Shown here: piece after piece, positions 1-8,411 of the stretch
Numbering within the stretch: the first letter of the stretch is position 1
Layout of the letters: every line of letters begins with the position of its first letter
DNA from: Spirochaetota bacterium
GTDB taxonomy: Bacteria > Spirochaetota > Spirochaetia > Treponematales > Rectinemataceae
DNA: 25,580 nt
Assembly (NCBI GenBank): GCA_023421875.1
Contig: JAEZSM010000037.1
Span: forward strand, 1-25,580
Direction of reading: 5' to 3'
Notes under the pieces: generated by a model
The model's database searches: none
Told to the model about the DNA's origin: nothing
Seen by the model: the letters and a program-made list of their open reading frames with translations, nothing else
Made by a program: the position numbers and the translations under genes

Positions 1-83
1 ATGAGGCCAATAAGGCTGCCCACACCGGTGGATAAGCCGGCAAAAAGGGTCAATAAAAAGGCAAATAGTATATTGTTTTCCAC
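1..83 (-). CDS. zupT: ZupT/ZIP-family divalent metal (zinc) transporter, 5' fragment; gene runs off the window start
   Basis: Not in the ORF track. The minus strand from GTG at 83 reads MENNILFAFLLTLFAGLSTGVGSLIGL, matching the characteristic ZupT N-terminus (TLxAGLSTGxG). AAGGA SD at 95..91. Confidence 0.8.
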   Translation of the reverse strand, partial: MENNILFAFLLTLFAGLSTGVGSLIGL

Positions 84-103
84 GAACGTTTCCTTAGGCA
101 GGG

Positions 104-132
104 AGTATATAGTATCGCTCGAATGGGTACAA
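104..132 (-). promoter_or_regulatory. Sigma70-type promoter of zupT
   Basis: TTGTAC (132..127) - 17 nt - TATACT (109..104), just upstream of the SD. Confidence 0.6.
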
Positions 133-211
133 CAGCGCCTCATGCACCGTTGCGGGGGCACCTTCTCCGCCTTGTGCTACCCTACACCGAAAAAAGAAAA
201 AGCGTACCTAT

Positions 212-874
212 TTATGGCCCCTTTTTCACCAAGGCAGCCTTAAGTTCAGCTAAGCTTTCGTTGAGGGTGGAATGGTGTACCCGGGTCGGGTCGAACTTTA
301 GCAGCTTGAAGCTGCTGTGAATGCAGAACCCGATGGCAAAGCCAGAAATCAGTGTACCGAGCCCCACCATTCCGCCGAGAGTCCAGCCCAAAATCGTAGC
401 CGTCAGCTCTATTAAACTGCGGATCAAGCCGATCGGCCAGCGCAGTCTTCGCGCCAGGGCTACCATAAGACTGTCCCGGGGGCCGGCACCGAAGCCCGAG
501 CCTATATAAAAGTAGGATCCGAGGGATATTACGTAGAGGCCGAGGATCAGCACAGGGATTCCCGCAAGGAGGTTTTCGACTTTTGGGATAAGCCCAAGGG
601 CCAGCAGCAAATCGAGAAAAAAGCCTATGAGAAACATGTTGAGCAGGGTACCCAGGCCGATCGTCTCGCCCATGAGAATTGTGATTAGGACAATGACCAG
701 GCCCACAATAATGCTCGCGGTTCCAATACTGATGCCGGTGACGGCGCTTATGCCCACATGGAAGACCTCCCAGGGGCCGTAGCCGATATTGGCCTGAATG
801 GTGAGCACGATGCCCAGGGCATAGAGAAAAAGACCTACAATGAGCTTTAAAAAGCGAATCGAGATTTTTGCCAT
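212..874 (-). CDS. YczE/YyaS/YitT-family membrane protein
   Basis: 220 aa, hydrophobic; duplicated motifs 'GYGPWEVFHVG' and 'GAGPRDSLMVAL...GGMVGLGT' typical of YczE. Confidence 0.85.
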   Translation of the reverse strand: MAKISIRFLKLIVGLFLYALGIVLTIQANIGYGPWEVFHVGISAVTGISIGTASIIVGLVIVLITILMGETIGLGTLLNMFLIGFFLDLLLALGLIPKVENLLAGIPVLILGLYVISLGSYFYIGSGFGAGPRDSLMVALARRLRWPIGLIRSLIELTATILGWTLGGMVGLGTLISGFAIGFCIHSSFKLLKFDPTRVHHSTLNESLAELKAALVKKGP

Positions 875-965
875 TATTCTGTCTGAATGTCCTTCATAAA
901 AGCTGTGCGGTATTCACAACAGCTCCTGATTAGAAAGAGAGTATAGCTTTTTTCTTCTGCTGCGG

Positions 966-1436
966 CTATCGCTTTTCCTTGCCCGAGAGCTCGGTCACTT
1001 CAAGTTTCAGCACCGCGGTTCTCCGCAGCACAGCAGGATCATAAGCGCCTGGGGGGCCAGCAAAGCCGTAATGTTCCATGATACGGTCCAGGCAACGGAT
1101 TTTATGCTCCGGTTCGTCTACCAGGCTGAGCCTTCCTGTACCGATAATGCTCTTGTACCGCGACGACCAGTTGCAGGCGATGCTGTCTTTCTGCAAAGCC
1201 TGTCCGGTGTCCATCTCGAAGCCCGCCAGGTCGCAGGACTTGATAAGGTCGATTTTTCTTCCTTCCGGCGCGCAGTGAAAATAGAGCTCGAGCTTCTCTT
1301 CCCACGTAAAGCCGAAACTCAAGGGTACGATATACGGAGCTCCATCGGCGCACAACGCGATTCTGCAGACGTCGCATAGCTTAATAATATCGCACAACGC
1401 ATCTTTACCAAGCACTTCACGTTCGATTCTTCTCAT
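966..1436 (-). CDS. Pyridoxamine 5'-phosphate oxidase-like flavin-binding protein (NimA-like)
   Basis: 156 aa; MRRxxRE start, PYIVPLSFG, LYFHCA..GRK, YKSIIGTG and terminal GK are hallmarks of the Nim/PNPOx family. AAGGA SD present. Confidence 0.88.
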   Translation of the reverse strand: MRRIEREVLGKDALCDIIKLCDVCRIALCADGAPYIVPLSFGFTWEEKLELYFHCAPEGRKIDLIKSCDLAGFEMDTGQALQKDSIACNWSSRYKSIIGTGRLSLVDEPEHKIRCLDRIMEHYGFAGPPGAYDPAVLRRTAVLKLEVTELSGKEKR

Positions 1437-1463
1437 TCGGTTCTTCCTTAAAAAAATCTTGCC

Positions 1464-2678
1464 TCAGTCGGGAAGCATCAAAGCGATGACCGACTCCAGG
1501 CCTGCTGCATCGAGAATCACAGGTACCGGATAGGGCGTGCCGTGCGCCTCCTTGAGGGCCGCGGCGGCGATGCCCGGAATATCCTTCCGCCTCAAAAACT
1601 CAGCCTTCTCGGGAATGCCCAAATCCTTGTTCAGCCGCCTCAGCGCTTCAACGAAGACAGCAGCCTGCTCCTCGACATCCGCTTCGGCCCTGCCGCCGCC
1701 CAAGCCCGCCGCCGCGGCCAGGTCGGCCAAGCGCTCGGGGACTACTCCGCGGTATAGGTCGATAAAGTACGGCAGGGTTATGGCGTTGGCCAGGCCGTGG
1801 GGTATGTGGTAGCGCTCGCCGAAGCGATGGGCCACCGCATGAATATAGCCCACGAATCCCCGGGTAAAGGCCCTTCCCGCCAGGTGGGATGCTCTGAGCA
1901 TGGCTTCCCGTGCTTCCAGATCCTCGCCATGGCTGTAGGCCCCGCGCAGATTGGCAAAGACCAATCGTGTGGCTTCCAAAGCCTGCATATCCACGTCGGA
2001 GTAATGGAGGCTGTTGGTATAGGCTTCCACCGCGTGGGTAAGGGCATCCATGCCCGTGGCCGCAGTCATGGCCGGAGGCAGGCCGACGCAGAGTTCGGGA
2101 TCGAGAATCGCGCTGTCCGGGGGCAGGCGTGGATCCAATACCGTGATTTTGCGCTGCTGCTTCTGGTCCGTGATCACCGCGGCGGCGGTGGCTTCGCTGC
2201 CGGTGCCGGCGGTGGTGGGCACGCAGATAAAGGGAAGGCCAGAATTCCTGCAGGGAAGCAGGCCTTTGAAAGCGCTCACCGGTTTTTTGTGGGTAGCCGC
2301 CATGCGGATGATTTTAGCCGCGTCGATCACCGAACCGCCGCCTAAGGCAATGACAGAATCACAACCGTTGTCCTTGAGCACAGCGAGCCCGTACTCGCAT
2401 ATCTCGAAACTGGGATCGGGCAGGACACCATCGAATATGGCAAAGGGAATCGAGCTCTCGGAGAGTACCGTGGTGAGCCTCGAAACCAGCCCTATCTTTA
2501 TGAGGCTGGCATCGGTGACGATGAGTGGCTTGGATGCCTTCTGCACTTCCAGTTCCGAGGGGAGCAGCTTGAGACTCCCCTTGCCTGTGAGGAGCGTTGG
2601 AAGCTTCTGGCGCAGGACCGTAAGGCCCCGGGCGGCCAGGTTGAACCAGAGTCGCTTAGCCGCGTATGTCTTTGCCAT
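1464..2678 (-). CDS. Iron-containing (group III) alcohol dehydrogenase
   Basis: GGGSVID, PTTAGTGSE, DALTHAVEAY and HAVAH...HG motifs. Confidence 0.93.
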   Translation of the reverse strand: MAKTYAAKRLWFNLAARGLTVLRQKLPTLLTGKGSLKLLPSELEVQKASKPLIVTDASLIKIGLVSRLTTVLSESSIPFAIFDGVLPDPSFEICEYGLAVLKDNGCDSVIALGGGSVIDAAKIIRMAATHKKPVSAFKGLLPCRNSGLPFICVPTTAGTGSEATAAAVITDQKQQRKITVLDPRLPPDSAILDPELCVGLPPAMTAATGMDALTHAVEAYTNSLHYSDVDMQALEATRLVFANLRGAYSHGEDLEAREAMLRASHLAGRAFTRGFVGYIHAVAHRFGERYHIPHGLANAITLPYFIDLYRGVVPERLADLAAAAGLGGGRAEADVEEQAAVFVEALRRLNKDLGIPEKAEFLRRKDIPGIAAAALKEAHGTPYPVPVILDAAGLESVIALMLPD

Positions 2679-2684
2679 AGCATG

Positions 2685-2713
2685 ATGATATATGCCAGGC
2701 TCCGGCGGCGCAA
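2685..2713 (-). promoter_or_regulatory. Probable leaderless sigma70 promoter of the Fe-ADH gene
   Basis: TTGCGC (2713..2708) - 17 nt - TATCAT (2690..2685) - 6 nt - ATG (2678); no SD. Confidence 0.55.
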
Positions 2714-2715
2714 GC

Positions 2716-4134
2716 TTACACCTGAATCGAAACCCATCTTCCCTGGCGATACCGGAGCTGAATGATAAAGAACCGGAATACCTGGTCGATCACCAGGGCG
2801 CTCCAGGCCCCATAGAGCCCCATGCCGAACTGCTGGATAAAGATGTATGAAAAAAGCGGTCGGATTCCCAGAATCCCGATGCCTAAGGTGATCGCCGGAA
2901 AGAGCGAGTCCCCGGCGCCCCTGAGCGCCCCGGCATAGACCTGGAAGGAGGACTGAAAGGGCTGAATTATCGCGGCAAAAATCATTATCCCCGCCCCCAG
3001 TAAAAGGATTTCAGGTTCGCTGGAAAAGAGCATGACCAGGGGTTTTCTAAAGATGAACATAAGAACGCCCATAAAGGTAGAGATAAGAGCCCCGGCCTTC
3101 TGGCAGGCTGCCGAGGCTCTTCGGGCCCTGTCGGGGCGGCTGCGGCCGAGGGACTGGCCTGTAAGGCTGGTGGCGGCGATTCCGAAAGCCTGGCCGTTGA
3201 CGAAGGACATATTCAGTATGGACAGCACGATCTGATGAGCCGCGAAGGTAGAAGTGCCCAGGGATGTTATGGTGATGGTATAGAGGATGAGCCCCAGTCT
3301 TAGGACAAACTGCTCGACCGCCGAAGGCAGGCCGATCTTGAATATCCGGCTGAGCATGGGAAGATCGGGAAGAAAATTTCTGCGGGTGATGTTGAGTTCG
3401 ATAAATTCCGAGGCAGCCTTGCCGGGCTTGCGGAAAGGATGGCCAAGAATAGCCCAGAGCGCCATGGCGCAGGCGACCATGTGACCGATCACCGTTGCCA
3501 GCGCGGCGCCCTGCACCTCCATCCGGGGAAAGCCGAATTTTCCGTAGATGAGAAGGTAATTGAAAACAATATTGACGAGGTTCGCGGTGATGTTGTATTT
3601 CATCGCCAGCTTCGTATCCCCGACGCCGCGCAGGAGGGCAGAGATGGAAATGGGCAGGGCGGTGGGAATGAAGCCGATCATGAGAATCCGGAAATAGGCG
3701 CTGGCCTCGTCCAGGATATCAGGTCCGGCGCCGATTATCCGCACCATCGGCCTAGCAAAGACAACGCCAAGCAAAGACAGCAAAAGGCCAAGGCTTAAGG
3801 AGATCATGACGGTTTGCCCGGTGACGAGCTCGGCGTCCTTCTTGTTTCCCTGGCCCTTAAACCGGGCTACCAGCGCGGTAGTTCCCACGTTGAGCGCCAC
3901 GAAGGTGGCGAGCATTATGAATCGGGGCTGGTTGGTAATGCCCACCGCCGATATTGCGTGGGCGCCCAATCTTCCTACCATGATTATGTCCACCATCTGG
4001 GTCAACGCGGTGAGGATCAGTTCCACCACCACCGGGCCTGCGATGGCAAAAACCTGGGCATAGAGGGGCGAGGTAGCCATTTCTTTTGCAAGCCCTAAGG
4101 AGTTGAGAGGCTTGTGTTCGAATAGGGGTCGCAC
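2716..4134 (-). CDS. MATE family efflux transporter
   Basis: 472 aa with about 12 TM segments; 'DIIMVGRLG', 'LRGVGDT', 'GALRGAGD' and two-fold internal repeat. Start is GTG 4134 or ATG 4080. Confidence 0.93.
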   Translation of the reverse strand: MRPLFEHKPLNSLGLAKEMATSPLYAQVFAIAGPVVVELILTALTQMVDIIMVGRLGAHAISAVGITNQPRFIMLATFVALNVGTTALVARFKGQGNKKDAELVTGQTVMISLSLGLLLSLLGVVFARPMVRIIGAGPDILDEASAYFRILMIGFIPTALPISISALLRGVGDTKLAMKYNITANLVNIVFNYLLIYGKFGFPRMEVQGAALATVIGHMVACAMALWAILGHPFRKPGKAASEFIELNITRRNFLPDLPMLSRIFKIGLPSAVEQFVLRLGLILYTITITSLGTSTFAAHQIVLSILNMSFVNGQAFGIAATSLTGQSLGRSRPDRARRASAACQKAGALISTFMGVLMFIFRKPLVMLFSSEPEILLLGAGIMIFAAIIQPFQSSFQVYAGALRGAGDSLFPAITLGIGILGIRPLFSYIFIQQFGMGLYGAWSALVIDQVFRFFIIQLRYRQGRWVSIQV

Positions 4135-4240
4135 GGGGCACTAATCCTGCTTGTTTAAAATTTTTTAGTTTTTCAAAAGTCAGGCTGCTTTTGAAAAATG
4201 CGCGGCTCTGTTTCTATTATAAAAGCAATTACAACGAAAC

Positions 4241-4269
4241 ACTATAAAGAGAGTACCCTAAACAGTCAA
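4241..4269 (-). promoter_or_regulatory. Sigma70 promoter of the MATE gene
   Basis: TTGACT (4269..4264) - 17 nt - TATAGT (4246..4241) in an AT-rich intergenic gap. Confidence 0.7.
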
Positions 4270-4301
4270 TATTATCTGCCCCTGCGCGGGTCGAAAGAGG
4301 G

Positions 4302-5033
4302 CTAGAGTATGTGCTCCAAAAACCTTCTGGTCCGTTCCTCCCTGGGGGAGCTGAAAAAGGTTTCGGGTGGGGCTTCTTCCACGATCTGCCCGGCGTCCAT
4401 AAAAATAATCCGGTCTGCGGCGGCCTTGGCGAATCCCATCTCGTGGGAAACGATGAGCATGGTCATGCCTTCCCTGGCCAGGTCGATCATAACGTCCAGG
4501 ACTTCCTTGATCATTTCAGGGTCGAGGGCGCTGGTGGGCTCGTCGAAGAGCATTACCTTGGGATTCATGGCCAGAGCCCGGGCTATGGCGACGCGCTGCT
4601 GCTGCCCGCCCGAGAGCTCATCCGGCCAGGCATGCTCTTTTTCCGAGAGGCCCACCTTGTCCAAGAGTCTCCGGGCTGTCTGCAGCGCCTCTTCCTTGCC
4701 CTTTTTGAGGACGGTGACGGGCGAGAGGGTTATGTTGTCGATTACCTTGAGATGGGGAAACAGGTTGAAGCTCTGAAAAACCATGCCCACTTCCTGGCGG
4801 ATGTGGCGGATATCCGAGCCCTCGTTGGTCACGCTTTCGCCGTCGATGGTGATAGAGCCCGAATCCAGGCGCTCCAAGCGGTTGATCGAGCGCAGGAGTG
4901 TGCTTTTGCCCGAGCCGGATGGCCCTATGATGAGCACGACCTCGCCTTTCTGCACGCTCAGGTCAACGCCGTTCAGGGCCTGGAGGCTCCCGAAGGATTT
5001 TACCGCCTTCTTTATTTCAATGAACGTTGCCAC
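4302..5033 (-). CDS. Polar amino-acid ABC transporter ATP-binding protein (GlnQ-like)
   Basis: Walker [46 protein letters not shown]. Confidence 0.95.
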   Translation of the reverse strand: MATFIEIKKAVKSFGSLQALNGVDLSVQKGEVVLIIGPSGSGKSTLLRSINRLERLDSGSITIDGESVTNEGSDIRHIRQEVGMVFQSFNLFPHLKVIDNITLSPVTVLKKGKEEALQTARRLLDKVGLSEKEHAWPDELSGGQQQRVAIARALAMNPKVMLFDEPTSALDPEMIKEVLDVMIDLAREGMTMLIVSHEMGFAKAAADRIIFMDAGQIVEEAPPETFFSSPREERTRRFLEHIL

Positions 5034-5841
5034 GATGTCTCAGCCTTTCTTCCATGATCGCCACCAGGCGGGAGAAAAAGAGTGTCATAACCAGATAGAT
5101 CAGGGCTATGACCGTGTAGCTCTCGAAATAGCGGAAGGATGTGGAGGCGTATTCCCTGCCCCGTCGCAGCAGATCCGATACCGCGAGGATGGACACCAGG
5201 GAGGAGTCTTTTAAGAGGGCTATGAACTCATTGCCGATGGGCGGAAGGATCACCCTGATAGTCTGGGGGATGATTATCATCCTCATGGCGCTGCTCCGGG
5301 ACATGCCCAGGGCGAGGGCCGCTTCCATCTGCCCCTTGGGGATAGCCTGGATGCCCGCGCGGAAGATCTCGGCCATATAGGCGCCGTAGCAGATGGACAT
5401 GGCCAGGATCGCCGCAGGAGGCCCCTGGAGCCTCAAGAGGGGTCCGAGGGCGTAATAGATGTAGAAGAGCTGCACCAAGAGCGGTATGCCACGGATGATC
5501 TCCACATAGACAGTGGCGATCCTGTTCACCCAGGCGCGCTGGGAAATCCTGCCTAGACCGGCGAAGAGGCCGATGATCAGGGCGAAGCAGATTGAGATGA
5601 TTGTAACGGAAAATGTGGCGAACAGGCCGTCGGGCACAAAGGAAAGAATCCGGAGATACGGATCGGGGCTGAAAAGAGGAAGCGCCACAAGAAGGGCAAT
5701 AGCCCCGAAAAAGGAGATATTCCAGGCTGAAAGAACCCCGCCCTCATCCTTTAACGGAATGAGTGTGCCGTCGGTTACATTGATAGTTGGCCGAGCGGGA
5801 TTTTTGGAGTCCCGCTCGGAGCGCCCAGAGCCTTTTGTCAT
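5017..5841 (-). CDS. Polar amino-acid ABC transporter permease (HisM/GlnP family)
   Basis: [33 protein letters not shown] (EAA motif), LLKDSSL. Confidence 0.95.
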   Translation of the reverse strand: MTKGSGRSERDSKNPARPTINVTDGTLIPLKDEGGVLSAWNISFFGAIALLVALPLFSPDPYLRILSFVPDGLFATFSVTIISICFALIIGLFAGLGRISQRAWVNRIATVYVEIIRGIPLLVQLFYIYYALGPLLRLQGPPAAILAMSICYGAYMAEIFRAGIQAIPKGQMEAALALGMSRSSAMRMIIIPQTIRVILPPIGNEFIALLKDSSLVSILAVSDLLRRGREYASTSFRYFESYTVIALIYLVMTLFFSRLVAIMEERLRHRGNVH

Positions 5842-5842
5842 C

Positions 5843-6607
5843 CTATTTAAGCCACTTGTCTACGAGTTCGTCCAGTTTTCCCGAAGCCTTGACCTTGGCC
5901 AGGCCTTCGCTGAAGAGCTTGAGGGTTTTCTCGTCGCCCTTCTTGAATACGAAACCAAGCCACTCGTCGGTAAAAGGCTGGCCGACGATCATGAGCTTGT
6001 CTTTGTAATTGGGATTCTGAAGGGCAAAATCGGCGGCGATGGGTGAATCGGCCACGACGCCGTCGATATTGCCGTTCGCCAGATCCTCGTAAGCCAGACC
6101 GATCTCGTCGTAGGTCTTGAGCTCCACGCCTTCGACCTTGCCGATTTCTATGACGCCGGTGGTACCGATCTGCCCACCGACCTTTTTGCCAACCAAGTCG
6201 GCAATGGTGGTGACGCCTTCGGTGTCCTTTCGCACGACCAGAACCTGTCCTGCGTTGACATAGCCTTCAGAAAAATCATAGGTAGCCTTGCGCTCTTCGG
6301 TTATGGTTACCGAGGAGGCGATAGCCTGGTAGTTGCCCGCGGCGAGGCCGGCGAAGATGCCGTCCCAGGCGGTGTTTTTAATCTCCACCTCGAAGCCTTG
6401 GGCTTTGGCAATCTCGTTGACCAGGTCGATATCGAACCCGACGAGATTCTTATTCTCATCGACGAATTCCATGGGAGGCCATGTGGCGTCGGAGGCTACC
6501 GTGATTTTAGTAGGTTTTTTAGCGCAGGACGAAAGACCGGCCGAGGTGAAAACGACCAGCGCCGCGATTAGTAAAAACGCGGTGACAGAGGACCATGATC
6601 TCTTCAT
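5843..6607 (-). CDS. Polar (probably basic) amino-acid ABC substrate-binding lipoprotein, SBP family 3
   Basis: Lipobox LSSC, DATWPPMEF, GFDIDL, ITEERK; AAGGAG SD at 6619..6614. Confidence 0.93.
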   Translation of the reverse strand: MKRSWSSVTAFLLIAALVVFTSAGLSSCAKKPTKITVASDATWPPMEFVDENKNLVGFDIDLVNEIAKAQGFEVEIKNTAWDGIFAGLAAGNYQAIASSVTITEERKATYDFSEGYVNAGQVLVVRKDTEGVTTIADLVGKKVGGQIGTTGVIEIGKVEGVELKTYDEIGLAYEDLANGNIDGVVADSPIAADFALQNPNYKDKLMIVGQPFTDEWLGFVFKKGDEKTLKLFSEGLAKVKASGKLDELVDKWLK

Positions 6608-6669
6608 ATGTCGCTCCTTTATGTCGATCTCTTAAGGATTATTTCGAGATCGCACAAGATACTTCGCTG

Positions 6670-6699
6670 AGAATAGGGCAAAGCGAGGGGCTATGTCAA
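6670..6699 (-). promoter_or_regulatory. Putative sigma70 promoter of the amino-acid ABC operon
   Basis: TTGACA (6699..6694) - 18 nt - TATTCT (6675..6670). Confidence 0.5.
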
Positions 6700-6762
6700 T
6701 AATTCCTGCTTCGAGCGTCTGATATTGATGCAACAAAAATCGATAATTATGTAATACGGCGT

Positions 6763-7281
6763 TTAGCGGTCGGCCATAGTGTGCGTATCGTGCTCTCCTA
6801 TATCCTTGGCGTCCCAGGGGTAGACGATCCATACGTCTCCGAGATCTTCGCCGGCGACATAGAGGGAGACTTCCTCAGGAATTTGGCCGCGCTTGGGCTT
6901 GTTCTTGTTATGGATCACCGCCACAGCGATAGAGGCGGGACGGTGGCGCAAAAGCTCGCGGATGCAGTACTCCAGGGTTACCCGGGAATCGTCCACCTCA
7001 TCCACCAGCAGAATGCGCCTGCCCGATAGCTGCCGTTCCGCTTCCTCGATCCACTGCAGCTTGCGGGGAAACTCGGAAGGCTTGTCATGGGCGTCGTAAT
7101 AGGCAATGCCCACCGCCAGGATAGGGGCTCCCAAAAAGGTTCGCAGAATCCGGGCGGGAATGAAGCCTCCGCTTCCTATGGCCACGATAACGTCGGGCTT
7201 AAAACCTGCGGCACTGATGCGCTCCGCCATGCTCTTGGCCGTCATGTGAATCTGCTGATAGCTGTAGTGGCGCTTTTCCAT
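6763..7281 (-). CDS. Type I purine phosphoribosyltransferase (hypoxanthine/xanthine/guanine; Hpt1/Xpt1-like)
   Basis: PRPP-binding loop ILLVDEVDDSRVTL, AIGSGGFIPARILRTFL, C-terminal WIVYPW. Confidence 0.88.
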   Translation of the reverse strand: MEKRHYSYQQIHMTAKSMAERISAAGFKPDVIVAIGSGGFIPARILRTFLGAPILAVGIAYYDAHDKPSEFPRKLQWIEEAERQLSGRRILLVDEVDDSRVTLEYCIRELLRHRPASIAVAVIHNKNKPKRGQIPEEVSLYVAGEDLGDVWIVYPWDAKDIGEHDTHTMADR

Positions 7282-7287
7282 GGCGCT

Positions 7288-7316
7288 ATTGTAAAACTGC
7301 CGCGACAGTTCTTCAA
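7288..7316 (-). promoter_or_regulatory. Probable leaderless promoter of the phosphoribosyltransferase gene
   Basis: TTGAAG (7316..7311) - 17 nt - TACAAT (7293..7288) - 6 nt - ATG (7281); no SD. Confidence 0.6.
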
Positions 7317-7348
7317 GAACGGGGGACGCCGAAGTGACCGCTTTTCGC

Positions 7349-7377
7349 TTGCCAAGGGCTTAAATCGACGCTACAGT
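7349..7377 (+). promoter_or_regulatory. Probable leaderless promoter of the small membrane-protein gene
   Basis: TTGCCA (7349..7354) - 17 nt - TACAGT (7372..7377) - 7 nt - ATG (7385); no SD. Confidence 0.55.
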
Positions 7378-7384
7378 TGCGCCC

Positions 7385-7648
7385 ATGAGCATCTTCGAGA
7401 TTATTATGCTGCTTTGTTTCGGCGCCGCCTGGCCTGTTTCGATCTACCGCTCCATCAAATCCGGCTCGACCCGCGGTAAAAGCCTGTACTTTCTCTTCAT
7501 TGTCCTGGCCGGCTATGCGGCAGGCATCCTCCACAAGCTGCTCTACCATTTCGATTTCGTCATCTATCTTTACTGCCTCAACGCCTTGATGGTGGGCACC
7601 GACACGGTCCTCTGGTTCCGCAATCGTCGCAGGGAATTGAATTCCTGA
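7385..7648 (+). CDS. Small 3-TM membrane protein, PQ-loop/SemiSWEET-like
   Basis: 87 aa with three hydrophobic helices; 'CFGAAWPVSIYRS...GKSL' resembles PQ-loop-like small proteins of anaerobes. Confidence 0.75.
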   Translation: MSIFEIIMLLCFGAAWPVSIYRSIKSGSTRGKSLYFLFIVLAGYAAGILHKLLYHFDFVIYLYCLNALMVGTDTVLWFRNRRRELNS

Positions 7649-7680
7649 CTTCTGTGTCGCCCTGGTCTCACGAAACGGTA

Positions 7681-7713
7681 TTGACAAACTAACTGATAAT
7701 GATTATCAATATC
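7681..7713 (+). promoter_or_regulatory. fur-feoAB promoter with overlapping Fur box
   Basis: TTGACA at 7681. Perfect 7-1-7 palindrome TGATAAT-G-ATTATCA at 7694..7708. 7695..7713 GATAATGATTATCAATATC matches the classical 19-bp Fur box at 17/19. The -10 (TATCAA, 7704..7709) lies inside the box. Confidence 0.88.
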
Positions 7714-7729
7714 AATACAAGGACAGGGC

Positions 7730-8179
7730 ATGAAAGAAGAACAGTTTCGGTTTATTCACTACCTGAAGTCCAAGGGGCTCAAGCTCACCTCGGCCCGAAA
7801 GACGGTGCTCACGGCCTTTCTACGATCCGAAGGGCATCTCAGCGCTGAGGATCTTCTGGCGGCGGCAAAAAAAATCGATCCCGGCCTCGGCCAGGCTACG
7901 GTCTTCCGCACGCTCAAGCTCCTGGCCGATGCGGGCCTCGCCCAGGACGCCTGCCAGGACGAAGGGCCCAGGCGCTACGAGCACGTCTACAAGCACGCGC
8001 ACCATGATCACCTGCTCTGCATCGGATGCGGAAAATTGATCGAATTCTGTCATCCGGAAATAGAAAAAGCCCAGACAGAAATATTCAAGGAATTCGGATT
8101 CCAGGCCACAGGGCACAGGCTCGAATTGCGGGGCCTCTGCGCGGACTGCGCCGGGAAGTCAGGCAAGGCTAACGACTAA
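7730..8179 (+). CDS. fur: Ferric uptake regulator (Fur family), probably iron-sensing
   Basis: ATVFRTL helix, HHDHLLCIGC and C-terminal CADC; heads feoAB behind a Fur box. Confidence 0.9.
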   Translation: MKEEQFRFIHYLKSKGLKLTSARKTVLTAFLRSEGHLSAEDLLAAAKKIDPGLGQATVFRTLKLLADAGLAQDACQDEGPRRYEHVYKHAHHDHLLCIGCGKLIEFCHPEIEKAQTEIFKEFGFQATGHRLELRGLCADCAGKSGKAND

Positions 8180-8189
8180 AGGAAAAAAA

Positions 8190-8411
8190 ATGCGACTATC
8201 CGATACCAGGCCGGGTGCGGTATTTACCGTAGACAGGGTTCTTATTGGGGGAGAGATCGGCAAGCGTCTGGCGGACATGGGGTTCACCCAGGGCGCGACG
8301 GGACACTACATCAGAGGGGCCTTTCTCCGAGGTCCCCTGCAGATCCGGATCAGGGGCTATGACCTGCTAATACGACGCTGCGAGGCCAAGCTCATCGAGG
8401 TAAGCGTATAA
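8190..8411 (+). CDS. feoA: Ferrous iron transport protein A
   Basis: 73 aa SH3-like, RLADMG...GP...IRRCEAKLIEV; stop overlaps the feoB start. Confidence 0.9.
   Translation: MRLSDTRPGAVFTVDRVLIGGEIGKRLADMGFTQGATGHYIRGAFLRGPLQIRIRGYDLLIRRCEAKLIEVSV

Noticed and set aside
84..211. Search for a Zur or Fur box upstream of zupT
   Set aside because: No palindrome resembling either operator is visible.
1..243. 80-aa plus-strand ORF at the window start
   Set aside because: Antisense to the zupT start and promoter; no family signal.
6625..6652. CGATCTC-N14-GAGATCG inverted repeat in the SBP leader
   Set aside because: Short stem with a long loop that does not cover the SD; could be chance.
6720..6760. 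AT-rich stretch considered as an ArgR box for the amino-acid ABC operon
   Set aside because: Poor match to TGAATwwwwATTCA; cannot be supported.
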